Below the pieces are notes generated by a model. It was not told the DNA's origin, did not search any database, and saw only the letters and a program-made list of their open reading frames with translations. A stretch of 64,000 bases of DNA from an uncultured Cytophagia bacterium (lineage in GTDB: Bacteria > Zhuqueibacterota > Zhuqueibacteria > Oleimicrobiales > Geothermoviventaceae), in contig CAZXXS010000048.1 of assembly GCA_964644845.1 (NCBI GenBank), positions 19,695-83,694 of the forward strand, written 5' to 3'. Positions 59,701 to 64,000 of this stretch are shown piece by piece. Position numbers and translations under genes: made by a program. The number at the start of each line of letters is the position of its first letter. Positions within the stretch are counted from its first letter, which is position 1.

Positions 59701-60897
59701 CACACCCGAAGCCACCGGTGTTGCAGCCGAAGTGCCGTTGAAACGCTGGTACCCGCCGCCCAGTGCCGTCGTCAGCACTGACACACCCGGCGCCAGAAAA
59801 TCCAGTGTTTCCCCAAAACTGGAAAAGTTGGCACGAGCGTCGCTCTCGTCGCTCGCACCCACAGAGATCGTTTCGCTGAGTGCAGCGGGGAAATAAGGTG
59901 TGGTGTTGCCGTCGTTGCCCGCTGCTGCCAGCAGCACAACACCACGAGAGTAGGCGTAGCGCAAAACGTCTTCGAGGAAAGGTGCCTCTTCCGTGTCGCC
60001 GAAACTCATGTTCACAACGCGCGCCCCCATTTCCACCGCGTAGAGAAGCGCAGCAGCGACGTCGTCTTCTTCCAAAAGCCCACGCGACGTTCCGGCTCTG
60101 AGAACCAGTACCTTTGTACCAAAGGCAACACCGGCAATCCCGATGCCGTTGTCCCCTGTGGCGGCCACGATGCCGGTTACCGCCGTCCCGTGCCCGTGTT
60201 CATCCACAGGCTGGTTGTCCGGTTTGCGGAAATCCCCGCCGTCCGGGAAGCGAGGCGCATCCACAAAATCCCAGCCCCAGATGTCGTCAACCAGCCCGTT
60301 GCCATCGTCGTCGACACCGTTTTCATCCGTCGGTTCGTACCGGCCATCGTGGTTGAGGTCTTCGCCCGGATTCACCCAAATCGCATCTTGCAGGTCGGGA
60401 TGCAGAGGGTCCACGCCGGTGTCGATCACCGCCACCAGAACCTTCGGGCTGCCCCGAACCCGTTCCCAGGCTTCCGGCAAACGGAGAGTACCGGGAACCC
60501 ATTGAGCGTAGAAAGCAGAATCGTTAGGGGTGAAAAACGCGTGGAAGACATGGTTCGGTGTGACGTAGCGAAAAAGGCCGGAACGGCGGAGCCGAGCACT
60601 TGCACTGTCGGGTTGCACGCCGGTTGCCAAGTGCAGTTCAAGGAGTCCTTGAAGCTCCGGGGGCAATTCCCGTCCAAAGGCCTGCAACGCGCGGACCTGT
60701 GTAACCCCCGCCTGTGCCAGCGCAGCGTCTACCTGAGCAATGCCCGTAGCGCTCGCGGTCTTCGGCAACCGCTTCCCGGCAAGCACCGAGTCGCGCAAAC
60801 GGGCCAGGAGTTCCTGGGCTCTGGCTGCACCGACCGGGCCTGCCAGACCGACAAGCAACACAACGATCTGGGCTGCGAAAAACCGACGAAGCTTCAA
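56701..60897 (-). CDS. 1398-aa subtilase (S8) fused to FG-GAP/VCBS-like repeats and a T9SS C-terminal sorting domain
   Basis: D (VAVIDTGVDPLHPDL), H (HGHGTAVTG), S (NGTSAATPVASG). Repeats ADLDGDGKDEII / DLDRDGLAEIV / DTNGDGVVEVLA. CTD VVYPNPWRPG...GVYFFLARSG..KLAIVR. Confidence 0.88.
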   Translation of the reverse strand: MKLRRFFAAQIVVLLVGLAGPVGAARAQELLARLRDSVLAGKRLPKTASATGIAQVDAALAQAGVTQVRALQAFGRELPPELQGLLELHLATGVQPDSASARLRRSGLFRYVTPNHVFHAFFTPNDSAFYAQWVPGTLRLPEAWERVRGSPKVLVAVIDTGVDPLHPDLQDAIWVNPGEDLNHDGRYEPTDENGVDDDGNGLVDDIWGWDFVDAPRFPDGGDFRKPDNQPVDEHGHGTAVTGIVAATGDNGIGIAGVAFGTKVLVLRAGTSRGLLEEDDVAAALLYAVEMGARVVNMSFGDTEEAPFLEDVLRYAYSRGVVLLAAAGNDGNTTPYFPAALSETISVGASDESDARANFSSFGETLDFLAPGVSVLTTALGGGYQRFNGTSAATPVASGVVALLLAENSKLTPEEVRARLATTAVDVPPPGWDMYNGAGRIDAYASLTTGAEIYAQIQEPRAGSAVGGDETLVKGTASGPDFVRYRLYFGAGQVPYDWTLLTSSEERVVEATLFRWSLQGLGEGPYVLRLVVEDGSGNTVEDRVSFVVDQSAPLVGNVNFLRMIEGPWPGAMLSFRTTDVCRAWFRWRPQGSQADFTEIPLRYLTTEHHIFLDQGQMNRRIEYGIRVQNLRGQVTEMAPEVGYRVYDFGADRIPTDQFVEDLSPLPAGYLSVRAADVTGDQVPELFCTPTRGLAWDTLQVWRWQVDAWQRVGQAVEHWLPRDAADTNGDGVVEVLAGWGDTGAVLRLDPKTEQLTTVWRKVGDFWPARFTDLDRDGLAEIVARYQGQWSLWENLHDGGFGLLARMSNPSEGENQYAVPKCGVGDSDGDGHPELLFGDNDGDVFLYEFTGEGRLNVIWQDRLPLPDVSGYVEMADLDGDGKDEIIVGGHSADFINSEHEFDTRHWLYHVYRYAGKQSYELVAEWRFAGYFGDRRFQSGVSAADLDGDGDEEVLICAAPDLYLVDFDPSRGKPVLRGQLPDVATNLAEVADFDGDGVAEIAVNLGDSLRFFQLSALSATLPAPVWVRAIPLRERLVKLTWAPVGSAVVYRILRREPGGTWQTVAQVEGTAFSDTTVLPAQVYRYAVQPKSGAGETGQIAFSAPVEPHEPPRLLRAEQRSERLVALIFDRGMGDEALNGDHYRVRGKVRAEYHVTSVLRSYRMSEILLSLDRVPEETDQLTISVFGVADSSGTPLDPEHSEAKVRLEPVPPAPYVVRAERVGEFAVRVFFSRRMNPADLSNVAHYHWEPVGRVVTAEPGVEGRSVLLELSKDAPLRPLGRVYRLRVEGVRSVDGVPLRRGLGDRVNLFFEATGLEDLVVYPNPWRPGLNDGKITFGGVPQGATILILDEHGRVLRELRARERRGGVSWDGNAENGQPVASGVYFFLARSGKERKIGKLAIVR

Positions 60898-60982
60898 CCA
60901 ACCTCCAACGTCGGGAACTTGAAAAAACCGCGCACGCCAAACGTCCTGGTTTCAGCAAACTCTTGCCCCAGGGACGATTCGC

Positions 60983-61888
60983 TTACCGCCTGTGAACCAG
61001 CTTCGCGACTTTCACGCCGAGAAGTCTTGCTGGCAGCAGTTCGTACAGAAGGAGCGTGACGAGCACATTGGCTGGAAACCAACGGATACCGCGGTACCAC
61101 TTCCAGAAGTAACGGACAAAGTCCCTGTGCGAGTCCCGCAACGCGCGCTCCCGGAACCGGTACACGCTGGCGCCCTTCGCGTGCACCGCTTTAGCCGCCG
61201 GTTCAAACAGGATGCGCCAGCCTTGCTGGCGCACGCGACGGCAGATGTCGACGTCGCTGAAGAACATTCGAAAACGTTCATCCAGCCGCCCAACCTGGTC
61301 CGCCACGTCGCCCCTGAACAGCAAGCATGCGCCCTGGGGCTGATCCACCTCACGGCGTGTGCGGTGGTCAAAGTTACCCATTTTCCAAGCAGCGAACAAG
61401 GGAGAGCGCGGGAAGAAACGCGACAAACCCAAGCTTTCGAACCAAACGTCGCGGTGGCGAGGGAAACGGCGGCACGAGGGTTGCACCGAGCCATCCGGGT
61501 TCAGAAGTTGTGGAGCTGCCACACCCACACCAGGTTCGTGGACAGCGTTCCGCAACACAGTCAACGCATCTGGCTCTAACTGGACGTCGGGATTGAGCCA
61601 CAACACGTAGTCCCCGCGTACCCTGTCCAGGCCCACATTCATGCCGCGCGTAAACCCGAGATTGTGCGGCAACGGGACAATGTCAACGTGAAACCGCTCG
61701 GTCGCGTGGTCCAGAGCCCATTGTTTGCACACGAGAACGGTAGCGTCGACTGAGCCGTTGTCAACAACACAAACCTGCGTGCGAAACGATTTCGTTGCAC
61801 GCAAAAGGGCATCCAGACACGATGCGATTTCCGCTTCTGAGTTGTACGTAACGACAACGACAGCGAGGGAGGCTTCAGGCTGCGACAC
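60983..61888 (-). CDS. glycosyltransferase family 2 (soluble/peripheral type)
   Basis: VVVVTYNSEAEIASCLDAL, VVDNGSVD, DxD region. Confidence 0.85.
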   Translation of the reverse strand: MSQPEASLAVVVVTYNSEAEIASCLDALLRATKSFRTQVCVVDNGSVDATVLVCKQWALDHATERFHVDIVPLPHNLGFTRGMNVGLDRVRGDYVLWLNPDVQLEPDALTVLRNAVHEPGVGVAAPQLLNPDGSVQPSCRRFPRHRDVWFESLGLSRFFPRSPLFAAWKMGNFDHRTRREVDQPQGACLLFRGDVADQVGRLDERFRMFFSDVDICRRVRQQGWRILFEPAAKAVHAKGASVYRFRERALRDSHRDFVRYFWKWYRGIRWFPANVLVTLLLYELLPARLLGVKVAKLVHRR

Positions 61889-62951
61889 AGAACAACTCCT
61901 TGGGGGCAGGCGTCAACACACGGGCACCGTCTTCCTCCAGGACCACGTCATCCTCGATCCGTACTCCACCCCAACCCGGCAGGTAGACGCCGGGCTCAAT
62001 CGTGAAAACGTGCCCTGGTCGCAACGCATCGCGGCTGTCCTTGGTCACACGCGGCAGGCCGTGTACGTCCAGACCGAGACCGTGCCCAAGGCCGTGGTTG
62101 AACTCTTCGTCAAAGCCTCTCACGCGCAGAAAGTCCCGCACCAGCGCATCGAGCTCTCCACCGGTCAATCCCGGTCGGGCCTCCCGAATGGCTAGTTCGT
62201 TTGCCAGCCGAACCGCTTCGTACACTTCACGCTGCCTCTGGGTTGGTTTGCCAACGCAGAGCGTGCGCGTGAAATCCGCCGTGTAACCGTCGATTCTGCA
62301 ACCGAAATCGAGGATCAAAAAATCCCCTTCCCGGAGGGCCCGGTGTGTCGGCTGCGCATGCGGCAAGGCGGATCGCGGTCCGCTTGCCACAATCGGTTCG
62401 AAAGCTTGCCCTTCACATCCAGCCACCGCCAGCTCGTACTGCAGCATGGCCGCCACCTGGCGTTCGGTCAGTCCGGCGTGCAATCGAGGTTTCAGTTCTT
62501 CGAAGACCTGGCAACAGATTTGCGCTGCACTCTCCAGGGTGGCAATCTCCTCGGGAGTCTTCACCTCCGTGAGTCCCGCAACAAGTCCTTCCAGCGGCTC
62601 CCATCGAACGCCCGGAAACTTCTCGAACAGGTAGTTCGCCTGACTGAATGTTAGAACATCGGCCTCGAAGCCAAGTTGGAGCTTTTCTGCAAGGAGCCCC
62701 GAGGTTTCGAGACCTTGGAACAAGTTCCGGTAGCGGGTCACCACCTCGGCTCCGGCAACCTCGTCCGCGGCCTGGGTTTCGTAACGGCGGTCCGTGAAGA
62801 AGACAACGCGGTCCGGTAAGACAACAGCAAGACCGTTCGATCCGGTGAAGCCGAAGAAGTAGCGCAGTCCCGCCCCAGAACGAATGAGGCCTCCGTCGAG
62901 GCCTCGTTCAACAAAGGTTTGCCGAAGTCGTTCGAGCCGTTCACTCGCCAT
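61875..62951 (-). CDS. pepP: Xaa-Pro aminopeptidase (M24B)
   Basis: HGLGHGLGLDVHGLP, VFTIEPGVYLPGWGGVRIEDDVV. Start ATG 62951 overlapping the upstream gene stop by 11 bp. Confidence 0.85.
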   Translation of the reverse strand: MASERLERLRQTFVERGLDGGLIRSGAGLRYFFGFTGSNGLAVVLPDRVVFFTDRRYETQAADEVAGAEVVTRYRNLFQGLETSGLLAEKLQLGFEADVLTFSQANYLFEKFPGVRWEPLEGLVAGLTEVKTPEEIATLESAAQICCQVFEELKPRLHAGLTERQVAAMLQYELAVAGCEGQAFEPIVASGPRSALPHAQPTHRALREGDFLILDFGCRIDGYTADFTRTLCVGKPTQRQREVYEAVRLANELAIREARPGLTGGELDALVRDFLRVRGFDEEFNHGLGHGLGLDVHGLPRVTKDSRDALRPGHVFTIEPGVYLPGWGGVRIEDDVVLEEDGARVLTPAPKELFCVAA

Positions 62952-64000
62952 CCTGGGCCTCGGCCAATTTCTGCTTGAGCATCTGGATCTTCTTCTCCCA
63001 CTCGGGGTTGTCCGGTTCTTTTTGACGCAGAATCTCAAACACGCCGATGGCTTTCGCGTACTGCCCCTGCGCAGCGTAGATTTCGCCCAGCGTCGGCGTC
63101 ACGATCTTGCGAGGCGGCTCTGCTGCCGACGGTCTCTGCTCGGGTTCTTCAGGCGGCGTTTCTTCGGTCGGTCGTGCCTCTTCAGCAATCGGTGTTTCCG
63201 GCGGCGTTGCAGCAACTCCTTCCTCGGGTTCCTCGAACTCAACCGATTCCTCTTCACCTTCCCGGCCGAAAATCTCTTCAACTTCTCTGGCTGCGGCTCT
63301 GGACTCTTCGGTAGAGACGGATTCCTCAGGGGCCTGGGTTTCCTCTGTCTCCACAGGGAGCTCCAGCTCTTCTTCCTCCGGCTCTGCTGGGAACGGCGGT
63401 TCCAGCTCCTCCTGAACTTCCTCTTGAAGTTTCTGTGCCAACTCGGTCTCGTCGGGCGCAGCCGCTGTCTCGTCGCCGAAAATCTCTTCAATCACCTGGT
63501 CAAACTGTTCCGATGTGGCCTCCTCGGGCTCTTCCGCCTCGAGCTCCACGACCTCCGTCACCTCTTCCAGTTTCGTCTCCTCTTCAGTGACGCCCTCTCC
63601 CTCAAACCCAACAGCTGGAGATTCCTCTTCTTCTACTTCGACCTCTTCTTCTGCGCCGACCACGGCTTCTCCTTGCTGCTGCTCAAGCTGCGTACGCAGA
63701 TCCTCCACGGCCAACCGAGCCCGGCTTTCTGTCGGGTCGAGGGCAAGAACTTTCTCGTACACCGCCAAAGCGTTTGTGAGCCAATGCAGACTTCGAAGAA
63801 TTTCGGCCCTCAGCCTCAGCCCCCAAAGGCTCGTCGGCTCCAGTTCCAGACCGCGGTTCACAGCCTCTTCTGCTTCCTCGAGTTGTCCTTTCGCCTGCAG
63901 AATCTTCGCTCGAACGAAATGGCCCGTGGCGTAGTGTGGGTGTTGGGCCAGACCTTTTTGGCAGATGTCAAGCGCCTCGTCGGCCCGACCGACTTCCAGC
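62941..64000 (-). CDS. TPR-repeat protein with long Glu-rich acidic linker (5' end outside window)
   Basis: TPR helices at both ends (AIGVFEILRQKEPDNPEWEKK...). Central E/V/T/P-rich low-complexity region. The reading frame stays open to base 64000. Confidence 0.7.
   Translation of the reverse strand, partial: LEVGRADEALDICQKGLAQHPHYATGHFVRAKILQAKGQLEEAEEAVNRGLELEPTSLWGLRLRAEILRSLHWLTNALAVYEKVLALDPTESRARLAVEDLRTQLEQQQGEAVVGAEEEVEVEEEESPAVGFEGEGVTEEETKLEEVTEVVELEAEEPEEATSEQFDQVIEEIFGDETAAAPDETELAQKLQEEVQEELEPPFPAEPEEEELELPVETEETQAPEESVSTEESRAAAREVEEIFGREGEEESVEFEEPEEGVAATPPETPIAEEARPTEETPPEEPEQRPSAAEPPRKIVTPTLGEIYAAQGQYAKAIGVFEILRQKEPDNPEWEKKIQMLKQKLAEAQDGE

Noticed and set aside
1-64000. CRISPR arrays, IS elements or transposases, rRNA and tRNA genes
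   Set aside because: No regularly spaced direct repeats, no transposase-like ORFs or terminal inverted repeats. No tRNA cloverleaf signatures were found on manual scan, and no ORF-free region is long enough for rRNA.

Overview
GC-rich (~60 %) bacterial chromosomal window. Several secreted proteins end in type-IX-secretion (T9SS) C-terminal sorting domains, and Shine-Dalgarno sites are used. This points to an FCB-superphylum organism (Rhodothermota/Bacteroidota/Ignavibacteriota-like), but the lineage cannot be fixed from sequence alone. Gene orientation: all calls in 1-23.8 kb are on +, all calls in 24-64 kb are on -. Content, 5'->3': pth (3' end), H+-pyrophosphatase, rpsF-ssb-rpsR-rplI; an 850-bp ORF-free pyrimidine-rich stretch with a LacI-type palindromic operator over a sigma70-like promoter; a lipoprotein oxidoreductase-like gene; a putative surface-glycan locus (Wzi-like OMP, two translationally coupled GT2 paralogs, radical-SAM/SPASM); an orphan H-NOX (heme NO/O2 sensor) gene; ~900 bp of non-coding DNA; a tightly coupled six-gene operon (two paralogous T9SS cargo proteins, lipoprotein, TonB-dependent receptor, small secreted protein, PHP-type phosphoesterase). 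Minus-strand block: R3H/Jag-like, mpl, thioredoxin-like, RodZ-like, maf, dtd, UbiA prenyltransferase, TamA-like Omp85 plus a 1155-aa beta-barrel partner, NHL-repeat protein, M2 (ACE-like) lipoprotein peptidase, lytic transglycosylase, NtrC-type response regulator with a 1462-aa multi-GAF/PAS histidine kinase, a 1069-aa T9SS subtilase preceded by a good -24/-12 sigma54 promoter and a GAF-sigma54 activator, a small membrane protein, yraN, rnhB, ComEC, coaE, a 1398-aa subtilase/FG-GAP T9SS protein, GT2, Xaa-Pro aminopeptidase, and a TPR protein running off the window. No rRNA, tRNA, CRISPR array or transposase was recognised. Most worth follow-up: the orphan H-NOX, the six-gene T9SS-cargo/TonB operon, the sigma54-controlled T9SS protease, and several long structured non-coding gaps.
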